Shown here in pieces: positions 37,333 to 47,045 of a stretch of 64,000 nucleotides of DNA (the stretch's first letter is position 1; every line of letters starts with the position of its first letter). The DNA lies in the NCBI GenBank assembly GCA_046760305.1, contig JBHIDX010000007.1, forward strand, positions 5,185 to 69,184, written 5' to 3'. The position numbers and the translations under genes are program-made. This stretch comes from Candidatus Aminicenantales bacterium. GTDB lineage: Bacteria > Acidobacteriota > Aminicenantia > Aminicenantales > Aminicenantaceae. The notes below the pieces were generated by a model that made no database searches, was not told where the DNA came from, and was given only the letters and a program-made list of their open reading frames with translations.

Positions 37333-39212
37333 AAAGAATACTCGATAGGATTGAGAGCCCCCAGGACTTGAAGAAAATCCCCTTACGTGACCTTCCCAGG
37401 CTGGCCCAGGAAATAAGGAAACTCATTCTTGAGGTAGTCTCCCATAACGGTGGGCATCTTGCTCCCAATCTCGGCGTGGTAGAGATTGCTATTGCTGTGC
37501 ATTATGTTTTTAATGCTCCCCGGGACAAAATAATCTGGGATGTGGGACACCAGTGCTATCCGCATAAAATCCTCACCGGTCGTAAAAGCAGATTCCACAC
37601 TCTACGTCAGTATAAAGGAATTTGCGGGTTTCCCTCGCGCGAGGAGAGTGATTATGATGTCTATAACACTGGCCATGCCTCAACTGCTCTTTCCGCAGCC
37701 CTGGGCATGGCTGCTGCCCGGGAGAGAACAGGGGATGATTATGAGGTTGTGGCTGTTGTTGGTGACGGAAGCCTGACAGGAGGTGTGGCTTGGGAAGCAC
37801 TCAATCAGATTGGGCATCTCAAGAAAAAGCTGATTATCATCCTCAACTACAATGAAATGTCTATTTCTCCTAACGTTGGCGCTCTCTCCAGGTACCTTTC
37901 CTACATCGTTTCTGGGCAGTATATTCTGAGGATGAAAGACCTGGTTAAATCTATCCTCAAAGTTGTTCCTGCTGTGGGCGTGCCGATGATAAAAGTGGCC
38001 CGTGCTGTGGAAGACGCGGTAAAAAAGGCTGTTTTTCCGGGTCTTGTGTTTGAGAGGCTGGGAATCAAATACATTGACCCTGTTCAGGGGCATAATCTTG
38101 ACTCACTCATTGAAGCTTTTGAGAGGGCTAAGTCCTACCATGGTCCGATTCTGGTTCACTGCGTTACCAGGAAGGGAAAAGGATACAGGCCGGCCAGGAA
38201 TAATCCCGAGAAGTTCCACGGCACAAGTCCGTTTGATATCAAAACAGGCAAACCTCTTAATGAAGATTCAACACCCACTTATTCTGCTGTGTTCGGTGAG
38301 ACAATGGTTGAGGTTGCTAGGGAAGACGAGCGTGTGGTAGCCATCACTGCAGCCATGCCTGATGGAACTGGCCTGCGCAAGTTTGCCACCGATTTCCCCC
38401 AAAGGTTCTATGATGTTGGAATCGCCGAACAGCATGCAGTTGATTTTGCTACCGGTCTGGCTCTTTCTGGTCTGAAGCCTGTGGTGGCCATCTACTCTAC
38501 ATTTCTCCAGCGGGCATACGATCAGCTTTACCACGATGTCTGCCTTATGGATGTTCCCATTCTCTTCGCTCTTGACCGTTCGGGCATTGTCTCCGACGAT
38601 GGTCCAACTCACCAGGGCGTAAACGATATCGTCTACCTCCGACATCTTCCGCATATGATTGTCATGGCCCCCAAAGACGAGAATGAGCTGCGGCACATGG
38701 TCAGGTCAGCGATTTCCTATCCCCATCCCACGGCGATCAGATATCCGAAGGGAAAAGGATGGGGAGTTCCCCTTGATGAAGAGTCCGTCCCTATTCCTCC
38801 GGGGCAGAGTGAGCCTCTTAAAGAGGGAGAAAACCTGATTGTCGCTCTGGGAAGCATGGTCTATCCTTCGCTCAGGGTAGCCGAGAGGCTGGAGAAGGAA
38901 GGCTTCAGTTTTGCAGTTCTCAACGCCAGGTTTGTCAAGCCGCTTGATGAGAAGATGATACTCAGTCTTGTCCGGCCCGGAAAAATCGTCATTAGCGTTG
39001 AAGAAGGAGTTCTCGACGGTGGTTTCGGGAGTGCGGTCCGGGAACTCCTTGACAGGGAGAAGAGGTTTTCGGTTAAATTCAAGAGAATAGGCCTTCCGCT
39101 GGATGTCTACCCTGTGGGAAAGGCTGACCTGATTAAAAGGCTGTATTCGCTCGATGAGGACGGTATCTTCAGGCAGATAATGGGTTTTATTCAGAAGTCA
39201 GAAAAAAATTAA
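37329..39212 (+). CDS. dxs: 1-deoxy-D-xylulose-5-phosphate synthase
   Basis: TPP-binding GDG motif, transketolase-like domains. 627 aa. Conserved xseB-ispA-dxs operon. Confidence 0.93.
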   Translation: MKRILDRIESPQDLKKIPLRDLPRLAQEIRKLILEVVSHNGGHLAPNLGVVEIAIAVHYVFNAPRDKIIWDVGHQCYPHKILTGRKSRFHTLRQYKGICGFPSREESDYDVYNTGHASTALSAALGMAAARERTGDDYEVVAVVGDGSLTGGVAWEALNQIGHLKKKLIIILNYNEMSISPNVGALSRYLSYIVSGQYILRMKDLVKSILKVVPAVGVPMIKVARAVEDAVKKAVFPGLVFERLGIKYIDPVQGHNLDSLIEAFERAKSYHGPILVHCVTRKGKGYRPARNNPEKFHGTSPFDIKTGKPLNEDSTPTYSAVFGETMVEVAREDERVVAITAAMPDGTGLRKFATDFPQRFYDVGIAEQHAVDFATGLALSGLKPVVAIYSTFLQRAYDQLYHDVCLMDVPILFALDRSGIVSDDGPTHQGVNDIVYLRHLPHMIVMAPKDENELRHMVRSAISYPHPTAIRYPKGKGWGVPLDEESVPIPPGQSEPLKEGENLIVALGSMVYPSLRVAERLEKEGFSFAVLNARFVKPLDEKMILSLVRPGKIVISVEEGVLDGGFGSAVRELLDREKRFSVKFKRIGLPLDVYPVGKADLIKRLYSLDEDGIFRQIMGFIQKSEKN

Positions 39213-39236
39213 TCCTCGGGAGGAGATTTTTTCACG

Positions 39237-40028
39237 GTGGGTAAAGATAGAGCGGACAGGATTCTTGTCACCAGGGGGCTTGCTGCCAGCCGGCAGAAAG
39301 CGCAGGCGCTCATCATGGCAGGACTTGTGTTTGCGGGGGAAAGAAGAATTGATAAAGCCGGAATGTTGGTCGATGAAGAGAGCGATATCTTCCTTAAAGA
39401 AAAACTCCCCTATGTCAGTCGAGGCGGGCTTAAGCTCGAGGAGGCTCTGGACCGCTTTGAGATTTCTGTCGAGGGGAAGACAACAGCCGACCTCGGGTCA
39501 TCGACAGGAGGGTTTACCGATTGTCTTCTCCAGCGTGGCGCCCGGAGAGTCTATGCTGTGGATGTCGACATCAGACAGCTGGACTGGAAGTTGAGGCAGG
39601 ACAGCCGGGTTATATGTCTTGAGAAAAACGCCCGCTATCTGGATAAAGAAGATTTCAGTCACACTCTTGACCTGGTGACGATGGATTTATCGTTTATCTC
39701 GATAATCAAGGTTCTACCCGCAATAAAGAGATTCCTCGGAAACGGTTTTCTTCTTTCTCTTGTCAAGCCTCAGTTTGAAGCTGGTCCTCGCCAGGTGGGG
39801 AAGAAGGGAATAGTCAGGGACGCCGGCCTTCATGAGGAAGTGTTGGTAAAGGTTATCGCTGCAGCTCAAGCCATGGGCTTTGCTCTCAGAAAGCTGATGA
39901 AATGCTCTCTTCCAGGAGCCAGAGGAAATCGTGAGTTTTTTGCCCTCTGGTCACTGGGGGAGAGAAGCCTGACTTCTGGGGAGGAGATGAGACTGGTCAA
40001 GGAGGCAGTTCGGGATGGAAAAAATTGA
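39237..40028 (+). CDS. tlyA: TlyA family rRNA 2'-O-methyltransferase (hemolysin A-like)
   Basis: S4 domain, then FtsJ-like MTase (DLGSSTGGFTD). GTG start with GGGAGGAG SD. Confidence 0.85.
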   Translation: MGKDRADRILVTRGLAASRQKAQALIMAGLVFAGERRIDKAGMLVDEESDIFLKEKLPYVSRGGLKLEEALDRFEISVEGKTTADLGSSTGGFTDCLLQRGARRVYAVDVDIRQLDWKLRQDSRVICLEKNARYLDKEDFSHTLDLVTMDLSFISIIKVLPAIKRFLGNGFLLSLVKPQFEAGPRQVGKKGIVRDAGLHEEVLVKVIAAAQAMGFALRKLMKCSLPGARGNREFFALWSLGERSLTSGEEMRLVKEAVRDGKN

Positions 40029-40866
40029 GCGCATTGGTCTTGTCATTAAACCCCATGCTCCTCATATTGAGAGGGTGTTAGAAGAGCTTATCAACTTTCT
40101 GGAAAAGAAGGGAATAACCTGTTTTCTAGAAGAGATAGCTGCTCAAAAACTCGGCAAGGGGAAGGGAATGACACGGGAAAAGCTCCCGGAGAGTGTTGAT
40201 CTGATTATCGTCCTTGGGGGTGACGGCACTCTACTCAGCGTGGCTCACCTTGCTGCCCTGAAAAATGTGCCTGTGCTCGGGGTTAACATGGGAAGCCTTG
40301 GTTTCCTGACCGAGGTACCCCTGGATGAAATGTACCTTACCCTTGAGGCTTTCTTTGCAGGGAATGAGGAAATTGTAAGCAGGCGGAGACTGCTGGAAGC
40401 AAGAGCAAAGGGGAAGCTCTATTACTGTCTTAACGATGTGGTCATAAATAAAGGAGCGCTTGCCAGGATGATCCAGGTTGCAATCTGGATTGACGGCAAG
40501 GAAATTGCAACTCTTAAAGCAGATGGCCTCATCATTTCCACTCCAACCGGCACCACCGGCTATTCGCTCTCTGCCGGTGGTCCTATCCTTAAGCCTTACA
40601 TCCCTGCCATTGTGCTCGCTCCTATCTGCCCTCATACACTTTCCTTCCGTCCCATGGTTATCTCCTCTGAATCCCTAGTGAGGGTCAGACTGCTTACAGG
40701 AGGAGAGGAAGTGTATCTTACTCTGGACGGCCAGCGGGGGGATTTACTGGTCAAGAATGACGAGGTAAAAGTGAAGAAGGCGGATTTCCAGTTTAAACTC
40801 ATATCCTCACCCCAGAGGAATTATTTTGACCTGCTTAAGGAGAAGCTTGGCTGGGGGCAGAAATGA
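40015..40866 (+). CDS. nadK: NAD kinase
   Basis: GGDGTLL motif. NE/D short motif. 283 aa. Confidence 0.9.
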   Translation: MEKIERIGLVIKPHAPHIERVLEELINFLEKKGITCFLEEIAAQKLGKGKGMTREKLPESVDLIIVLGGDGTLLSVAHLAALKNVPVLGVNMGSLGFLTEVPLDEMYLTLEAFFAGNEEIVSRRRLLEARAKGKLYYCLNDVVINKGALARMIQVAIWIDGKEIATLKADGLIISTPTGTTGYSLSAGGPILKPYIPAIVLAPICPHTLSFRPMVISSESLVRVRLLTGGEEVYLTLDGQRGDLLVKNDEVKVKKADFQFKLISSPQRNYFDLLKEKLGWGQK

Positions 40867-41200
40867 AAACAATGCCCTGACCTTAACCGGCCTGAACTAT
40901 TAGTTCGAAAATAGCATTTTCATTTGTCGTGGGTGGCGCACTCGCCATGATAAATTACCTAGAAAATGCGCCATGTCATTGCGAGCGGAGCGAATCAATC
41001 TGTCGTTGCGAGCCCTGAAAGGGCGTGGCAATCCCATCATCTCCGGGAGTGAATGAGGTTGCCACGCTTCGCTCGCAACGGAGGATTGCCACGGCACTTC
41101 GTGCCTCGCAGAGACGAGAGGCCGCCAATGCATGGGACTGCTTCGTCGCTCCGCTTCTCGCAATGACAAGGCCAACATCATTTTCATACCACTATTATCA
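40867..41200. repeat. Intergenic nested-palindrome repeat, long copy (same family as 12032-12160)
   Basis: Outer inverted repeat CATGTCATTGCGAGCGGAGCGAA (40972-) pairs with TTCGTCGCTCCGCTTCTCGCAATGACAAG (41141-). Inner hairpin CGTTGCGAGC…GGCGTGGCAA pairs with TTGCCACGCTTCGCTCGCAACG. Shares the 5' module and the TGGCG-loop-CGCCA hairpin with the 12 kb copy. The frame-shadow ORFs translate to an ARND-containing peptide. Confidence 0.75.
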
Positions 41201-41223
41201 CACTTTTTAGAGCCAGGCTCAGG

Positions 41224-41252
41224 TTGACATTTCCCGAGGGTAAAATTATGAT
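41224..41252 (+). promoter_or_regulatory. Putative sigma70 promoter for glgA (near-leaderless)
   Basis: TTGACA-N17-TATGAT. The -10 element ends 11 nt before ATG 41264. No SD. Confidence 0.4.
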
Positions 41253-41263
41253 TAATTCCTGTC

Positions 41264-42760
41264 ATGAATCAGAAAATAAGAGTACTTTATGTCTCCTCCG
41301 AGCTGGCTCCTTTTGCTAAATCAGGTGAGATGGCAGATGTAGCCTCGTCTCTTCCCAAGTATCTTTCCGCTCTGGGGGTTGAAGTTGCTGTCGTTATGCC
41401 TCGCTACAGGCGGCCAGAGATAGACTCGCTTGACATGGACCTGGTTGAAGATAAATTACCCGTTTCTCTCGGGGAAGAGAGAGTAAAAGCCCGTGCTTTT
41501 AAAGCTGAGCCAGGGCATTACAGAATTTACCTCATCGATAACCCCAAATACTTCCTTAGAGAGAACATTTATGGTACTGAAAAAGGCGATTATCTCGATA
41601 ACGACGAGAGGTTTATCTTCTTCAATCGGGCTGTGCTCGAGTTTGTATTAAAGAAAAAAATGGAAGTGGATATCATTCACTGTAACAACTGGCCCACCGC
41701 ACTCATCCCCCTTTTCCTTAAAACCCACTATGCCCATAAAGCTCATTTCAGGAGCACGGCTACAGTCCTTACCTTGCATAACATCGCCTACCAGGGGGAT
41801 TTTCCTCCTGAGACCCTCTCTCTCACCGGTCTTGACTGGAGTTATTTTAATCCTCAACAGCTTTCCTTTGATGGGAGGTTTAATTTTCTCAAAGCAGGGA
41901 TCATGTTTTCTGATGTGCTCAACACGGTCAGCTCCACCTACAAGAGAGAAATTCAGAGGGAGGAACACAGCTTCGGACTCGACCGGCTGCTCAAAAAGCG
42001 CCGGGATGTCTTTTTTAGCATCAGAAACGGGATTGACTGCGAGGTCTGGAATCCAGAGACAGACCCCTTCATTGCGGCCAATTATTCTCTCTCAGACCTG
42101 AAGCCAAAAAGGGAATGCAAGCTGAACCTAATCGACGAGTTCGGGCTTAAGATGGCGGAAAAGACTCCTCTCCTGGGGGTGGTTTCTTACCTCACCTCTT
42201 ACAAAGGGTTCGATATTCTGTTCGATGTCGTTGATGAATTGATGGCCATGGAGGTGGGGCTTGTTGTTCTTGGAAAGGGAGAGGAGAAATACGGAAATGC
42301 CCTGTTAAAACTCAGAGAAAGGTATCCTCAGAGAATAGGAGTAAAGCTCGAGATGAGCCAGTCATTGGCTCACAAAGTTGCCGCAGGAGCTGATATGTTG
42401 CTCATACCCTCATTGTACGAACCCTGTGGGTTGCATCAGCTTTACAGCTTTCGCTACGGAACAGTTCCAGTTGTCAGGGCAACCGGAGGCCTGAGGGAAA
42501 CGGTCAGGCCATTCAATCCCCGGACAGGGAGAGGAAACGGTTTTGTTTTTAAAGAATATTCTGCCCGCGCTTTTCTCCACACTTTCAAGACTGCGCTTCA
42601 GTACTACAGGCAGCCGCCTCTCTGGCTGAAGATTATGAAGGCAGGTCTTGAGGAAGATTTTTCGTGGGATACAGCAGCCCGCAAATATATCAGGCTCTAC
42701 AGAAAAGCTCTCAAATTAAGAAGAGGAGGAAAATCTTGGTCGAAAAAATTACCGAGGTAA
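41264..42760 (+). CDS. glgA: Glycogen synthase (ADP-glucose type)
   Basis: N-terminal SSELAPFAKSGEMADV motif, GT5/GT1 domains. 498 aa. Confidence 0.9.
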   Translation: MNQKIRVLYVSSELAPFAKSGEMADVASSLPKYLSALGVEVAVVMPRYRRPEIDSLDMDLVEDKLPVSLGEERVKARAFKAEPGHYRIYLIDNPKYFLRENIYGTEKGDYLDNDERFIFFNRAVLEFVLKKKMEVDIIHCNNWPTALIPLFLKTHYAHKAHFRSTATVLTLHNIAYQGDFPPETLSLTGLDWSYFNPQQLSFDGRFNFLKAGIMFSDVLNTVSSTYKREIQREEHSFGLDRLLKKRRDVFFSIRNGIDCEVWNPETDPFIAANYSLSDLKPKRECKLNLIDEFGLKMAEKTPLLGVVSYLTSYKGFDILFDVVDELMAMEVGLVVLGKGEEKYGNALLKLRERYPQRIGVKLEMSQSLAHKVAAGADMLLIPSLYEPCGLHQLYSFRYGTVPVVRATGGLRETVRPFNPRTGRGNGFVFKEYSARAFLHTFKTALQYYRQPPLWLKIMKAGLEEDFSWDTAARKYIRLYRKALKLRRGGKSWSKKLPR

Positions 42761-43062
42761 CCGATAATAACTTTGAAGAGGAAGTTATAAAGGCAGAGAT
42801 ACCGGTCCTGGTTGATTTCTGGGCTGAGTGGTGTGCACCCTGCCGAATGATACTTCCCGCCATCGAATATCTTGTCCAGAATTATGGACATAAGATGAAA
42901 GTCGTCAAATTGAATGTGGATGAGAACATGAAGACAGCAACCAGGTACGGTGTGCGAAGCATTCCCACCCTACTGCTTTTTAAAGGAGGTGAGTTGAAGG
43001 AAACTCTTGTTGGAGCTCATCCCCAGAATAAGATTGAGGAGGTTGTTCTAAAACACCTATGA
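42736..43062 (+). CDS. trxA: Thioredoxin
   Basis: WAEWCAPCR active site. 108 aa from TTG 42736 with an AAGAGGAGGA SD. The start lies within the last 25 nt of glgA. Confidence 0.85.
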   Translation: MVEKITEVTDNNFEEEVIKAEIPVLVDFWAEWCAPCRMILPAIEYLVQNYGHKMKVVKLNVDENMKTATRYGVRSIPTLLLFKGGELKETLVGAHPQNKIEEVVLKHL

Positions 43063-43979
43063 ATGAAAATTGGGATGTGGTTATTATCGGAGCAGGCCCA
43101 GCTGGGCTGGCTGCTGCTGTTTACACAGGCCGCGCCCGGCTCAAATCGCTAGTCCTAGAGAGAGGAGTACCCGGGGGGCAGATACTGCTCACTGATTTTG
43201 TCGAGAATTATCCAGGCTTTCCCGATGGTGTTGTTCCTTTTGAGCTCATGGAGAGGTTTCGCGTTCACGCTGAAAAGTTCGGAGCCAGGATTGAGACAGA
43301 TGAAGCAAGGCAAATCAAGAAAAAAGATGAGCGCTGGCTTGTGGTCGGTACAAGGGGTGAATACCCAACAAAAGCGGTTATCATCTCTACCGGCTCTTCT
43401 TATCGGAAACTCGGAGTTCCGGGAGAAGAAAAATTGACTGGTAGAGGTGTTTCTTTCTGTGCCACCTGTGACGGTGCCTTTTTCAGGGACCAGGAAGTGG
43501 CGGTTGTTGGAGGGGGTGATAATGCCCTGAACGAAGCCCTGTTCCTGACAAAATACTGTAAAAAAGTGATAATCATCCACCGCCGCCACATGTTCCGGGG
43601 GGTGAAAATTCTTCAGGAGAGAGTGTTCAGGAACGAAAAGATTGAAATCATCTGGGACTCGGTAGTGGAGAAGATATCGGGGGAAGAGAAGCTTGAGTCA
43701 GTCACTCTCAAGAATGTGAAAAACGACGAGACCTCGGTCGTTAAACTGGATGGCCTTTTCGTTTCCATCGGTACTGTACCTAACAGCGGTTTTGTCAAGG
43801 GCTTACTTAAATTGAACGAATCAAATGAGATCGAGGTTAAAAACGGAATGGCCACCAGCCAGCCGGGCATCTTTGCTGCTGGAGATGTGACCAATGCCTG
43901 TCCCCAGCAGATGGCAACCGCAGTCGGGACCGGGGTCGCTGCTGCCCTGAGCGTTGATGAATACCTGAGCGGAATGTAG
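43059..43979 (+). CDS. trxB: Thioredoxin-disulfide reductase
   Basis: FAD motif VVIIGAGPAG. Redox-active CATCDG. NADPH GGGDNA motif. Confidence 0.92.
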   Translation: MNENWDVVIIGAGPAGLAAAVYTGRARLKSLVLERGVPGGQILLTDFVENYPGFPDGVVPFELMERFRVHAEKFGARIETDEARQIKKKDERWLVVGTRGEYPTKAVIISTGSSYRKLGVPGEEKLTGRGVSFCATCDGAFFRDQEVAVVGGGDNALNEALFLTKYCKKVIIIHRRHMFRGVKILQERVFRNEKIEIIWDSVVEKISGEEKLESVTLKNVKNDETSVVKLDGLFVSIGTVPNSGFVKGLLKLNESNEIEVKNGMATSQPGIFAAGDVTNACPQQMATAVGTGVAAALSVDEYLSGM

Positions 43980-43993
43980 GGCCTGGGCCCTTT

Positions 43994-45052
43994 CTATTTG
44001 TTCCTTTTTTCCAGGCTTTCCAGTTTTTCCTCAATTTTTTTCACGGTTTTTACAAGCTCTGGAAGGCGGGGTAGGTGGGAGACGATTTTCAGCGCTTGTC
44101 TGAAATTCATGCTCGGCGTCCAGGCCATGATTGAATTGGGGGGGATATCTTTCATAACACCACTCTGAGCAACCAGGGTAACATTGTCCCCTATTGTTAT
44201 GTGGTCTGCGATACCCACCTGGCCGGCCATAGCAACATTTTTTCCCACCTTAACGCTGCCCGAGATCCCGACCTGGCCGGCGAGAACACTGTTTTCTCCT
44301 ATTTCAACGTTATGGCCGACCTGGACGAGGTTATCTATTTTAACACCGCGCCTGATTCGAGTTTCTCCCAGAGCTGCTCGATCAATGGCGGTCAAAGCCC
44401 CTATTTCAACCTCATCCTCGATGATGAGAGTGCCGAGCTGCGGGATTTTCAGCCTCGTTTTGTCTTCCTGCTGGAGGTAACCAAAGCCGTCAGCTCCAAG
44501 GACAGCACCGTTGTGGATGATGACTCTGTTTCCCACCTGAACTCCTTCCCGGAGGGAGACATGAGAATGGATGACTGTCTCCCTTCCAATCTTCACTCCA
44601 GGATAGATAGAGACAAGGGGATGGATTACGGTTTTTTCTCCTATTTCTACCTCTTCTCCGATAAAAGACAGAGCCCCTATGGATACCTCGCGGCCGATTT
44701 TTGCCGAAGGGGAGACGAATGCAGTGGGGTGAATACCAGGCTGAGGTGGCTTCGGTTCATACAGAATCTCTATCGCCCTGACAAAGGTTAAAGGGGGATT
44801 TTTGGCCTTCAGCACAGGAATTCTTTCAAACTTCTCTGACTCGGGAATGATAGCTGCAGAGGCTCTACTTTTTTCGAGCAGAGGAATATATTTTCGGTGA
44901 GAGATAAAAACAAGGTCTCCTTCACCTGCTTTTTCAGGACTTGAGACAGACAGGATTTCTGTTTCTCCATCACCTTCAAAATGACAGCCGAGAAGTTGAG
45001 CAAGTTTTTTGAGTTTAATCGGATGGGTGATGTAGTTAACCTTCTTTTTCAT
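43994..45052 (-). CDS. lpxD: UDP-3-O-(3-hydroxyacyl)glucosamine N-acyltransferase
   Basis: LpxD N-terminal domain, then a long left-handed beta-helix of hexapeptide repeats. Start chosen at MKKKVNYI. Confidence 0.8.
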   Translation of the reverse strand: MKKKVNYITHPIKLKKLAQLLGCHFEGDGETEILSVSSPEKAGEGDLVFISHRKYIPLLEKSRASAAIIPESEKFERIPVLKAKNPPLTFVRAIEILYEPKPPQPGIHPTAFVSPSAKIGREVSIGALSFIGEEVEIGEKTVIHPLVSIYPGVKIGRETVIHSHVSLREGVQVGNRVIIHNGAVLGADGFGYLQQEDKTRLKIPQLGTLIIEDEVEIGALTAIDRAALGETRIRRGVKIDNLVQVGHNVEIGENSVLAGQVGISGSVKVGKNVAMAGQVGIADHITIGDNVTLVAQSGVMKDIPPNSIMAWTPSMNFRQALKIVSHLPRLPELVKTVKKIEEKLESLEKRNK

Positions 45053-45905
45053 GCTTTCTTTCGTTGAGCACAGCCGCCAGTTCTGCTCCCCAGAGAAAGA
45101 TAACAAGGGAAATTGATATCCAGAGTAAGAAAAAGATGATGGAAGTCAGTGTTCCCTGCAGGAGTCTGGAGAGAACTATGCCCACGGCAGAGAAATGGGC
45201 CACATAGAAGGCAAAGAGCCTTTTGCCCACTTCCAAGAGCAAGGCGGCTGCAGCGGCGGCAACAGCTGCTGCTCTAGTATGGACTCTGACCTCAGGAATA
45301 AACTTGTAGAGAATGAAAAAGACAAAGAAAGTGAGAGCAAAGGGAATAAAATACTGGATGAAGAAGTTGTTGATGAAGGTCACTATCTCCGGATTGATGT
45401 TGTTGGCCACAAGGCTGCTTTCTCTGATAAGGCGGTGGACTGCAGTCCAGATGGTTGTGATGGACAGGGAGAGGAGCATGATGATGGCCATGGTAAACAT
45501 GATGATGTATTCCATCAGCCGTTTGTAGAGAAAGGACTTCTGGAAGTTTGCCTTGAAGATGAAGTTTATGGAGTATATCAGGTTGGAGAAGAGAAAACTT
45601 CCTGCCACAAAGGAACCTATAACTCCAAAATAACCGAGGTTTGAAATGTTCTGGGAAAGGTACTCAAGCCGCTGGAAAAACTGAGGGTCGAGATGGGCGA
45701 AGAATTCCTCGGAGAAAAGGTTAAGACTCCTGAGAGCTATTTCTGAGGTGCCGAGAATTTTGGTTGTCACAAAGGCAAAAAGCGCGACAAGGGGAAGTGC
45801 ACAGAGGAGGGAGAAATAAGAGATGGTGATGGCAAAATTGCCGCACCTGTCTTCATTGAACCTTTTGATTGTTGTCTTGATGATATCGAAGAGAGATAGT
45901 TTCAT
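45036..45905 (-). CDS. YihY/BrkB family inner-membrane protein
   Basis: Six predicted TM helices with an N-terminus typical of YihY (…RCGNFAITISYFSLLCALP…). Confidence 0.75.
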   Translation of the reverse strand: MKLSLFDIIKTTIKRFNEDRCGNFAITISYFSLLCALPLVALFAFVTTKILGTSEIALRSLNLFSEEFFAHLDPQFFQRLEYLSQNISNLGYFGVIGSFVAGSFLFSNLIYSINFIFKANFQKSFLYKRLMEYIIMFTMAIIMLLSLSITTIWTAVHRLIRESSLVANNINPEIVTFINNFFIQYFIPFALTFFVFFILYKFIPEVRVHTRAAAVAAAAAALLLEVGKRLFAFYVAHFSAVGIVLSRLLQGTLTSIIFFLLWISISLVIFLWGAELAAVLNERKHEKEG

Positions 45906-45936
45906 AAACTCTCTTTCGATAGATATGCTTCTGTCT

Positions 45937-46278
45937 TTAATATTGACCCCACTTTATCATAAGAATGATGATGGTGATAAACAGTGCATAAATAACGAGG
46001 GTTTCGATCAAGACGAGGCCAAGCATAACGATGAAGCGAATGTGAGGAGCAGAGCCGGGGTTGCGGGATATTCCCTCGCAGGCACTTGTTATGGCCTTCG
46101 CCTGTGAAAAGGCGCCGGCTGATGCGGCAATGGTGATGATGGCACCACCGACGATAATCGAGACTTTAAAAATAGAACCTTTCTCAGCTGTGGTTTCAGC
46201 TTCCTGAGCAAGAAGCGACCCTGTGAGAATGACGAGAAGAAAGAAAAGAAGAGCTAGATGCTTGCTTTTTTCTCTCAT
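45937..46278 (-). CDS. atpE: F0F1 ATP synthase subunit c with about 40-aa N-terminal signal-peptide-like extension
   Basis: Hairpin core (GGAIITIAASAGAFSQAKAITSACEGISRNPGSAP…VMLGLVLIETLVIYAL) with the conserved carboxylate E. Preceded by MREKSKHLALLFFLLVILTGSLLAQEA. Confidence 0.8.
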   Translation of the reverse strand: MREKSKHLALLFFLLVILTGSLLAQEAETTAEKGSIFKVSIIVGGAIITIAASAGAFSQAKAITSACEGISRNPGSAPHIRFIVMLGLVLIETLVIYALFITIIILMIKWGQY

Positions 46279-46298
46279 AAGGCTAACTCCTTTCTGAA

Positions 46299-47045
46299 TT
46301 AATGTTCTTCCTCCGAAGCAACTGCTCCAGCAATATATATACACGAAAGCAGCACAAAAACAAAGGCCTGAATTATAGCCGTGAGAATGGCCAGTGCCAT
46401 GAAAGGGAGAGGCAGGAAAAAAGGCACTATTGAGGCGATGATGAGTATAAGCAGTTCCTCGGCAAATATGTTACCAAAAAGACGCATGGAGAGAGAGACC
46501 GGTCTTGAGAAATGGCTGATGATTTCAATCGGAAGCAGAAGAGGAGCGAGAAGAGGGATGGGGCCGGTAAAGTGCTTGAGGTACTTGAAGAGCCCCTGTG
46601 TTTTTATCCCCTGCCAGTGATAGTAGGCGAAGACGACAAGGGCGCAGCCGGCCGTGACATTGATGTTACTCGTTGGTGACATGAAACCAGGGATGAGCCC
46701 CAGAATGTTGCTGAAAAAGATGAAGAGGCCGATGGTACCTATGAGAGGCAGATATTTTTTCCCCTCCTCTCCGATGAGGTCGACGAGAATGTACTCAAAA
46801 CCCTGGATTATGACCTCGAGTATGCTCTGGAGCTTTGAGGGGATGAACCTGAGTTTTCGAGCCGAGAGTCCGAGGAAAAGGACGAGAAAAAAGCTGACAA
46901 TGATACTCATCACCACATAGTCGGGAATGAGATGGAGGGGGTCTTTGATCTGAATTCCAACCAGAGAAAGAAAGGCAGCAAGTGGCGGGCCAAAAATTTT
47001 GTTGAAGAGTTCCACGATAAGAAAACTGTGTTCTAATTCTTCCAT
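46299..47045 (-). CDS. atpB: F0F1 ATP synthase subunit a
   Basis: Conserved Arg in the LSMRLFGNIFAEE helix. 248 aa. Confidence 0.88.
   Translation of the reverse strand: MEELEHSFLIVELFNKIFGPPLAAFLSLVGIQIKDPLHLIPDYVVMSIIVSFFLVLFLGLSARKLRFIPSKLQSILEVIIQGFEYILVDLIGEEGKKYLPLIGTIGLFIFFSNILGLIPGFMSPTSNINVTAGCALVVFAYYHWQGIKTQGLFKYLKHFTGPIPLLAPLLLPIEIISHFSRPVSLSMRLFGNIFAEELLILIIASIVPFFLPLPFMALAILTAIIQAFVFVLLSCIYIAGAVASEEEH

Noticed and set aside
40900-41265. 121-aa minus-strand ORF (and its 65-aa cousin at 12028-12225) inside the intergenic repeats
   Set aside because: Both lie entirely within structured repeat DNA and their similarity is explained by the nucleotide repeat. The ARND/SLRG-type peptides are classic frame shadows of palindromic repeats, not proteins.
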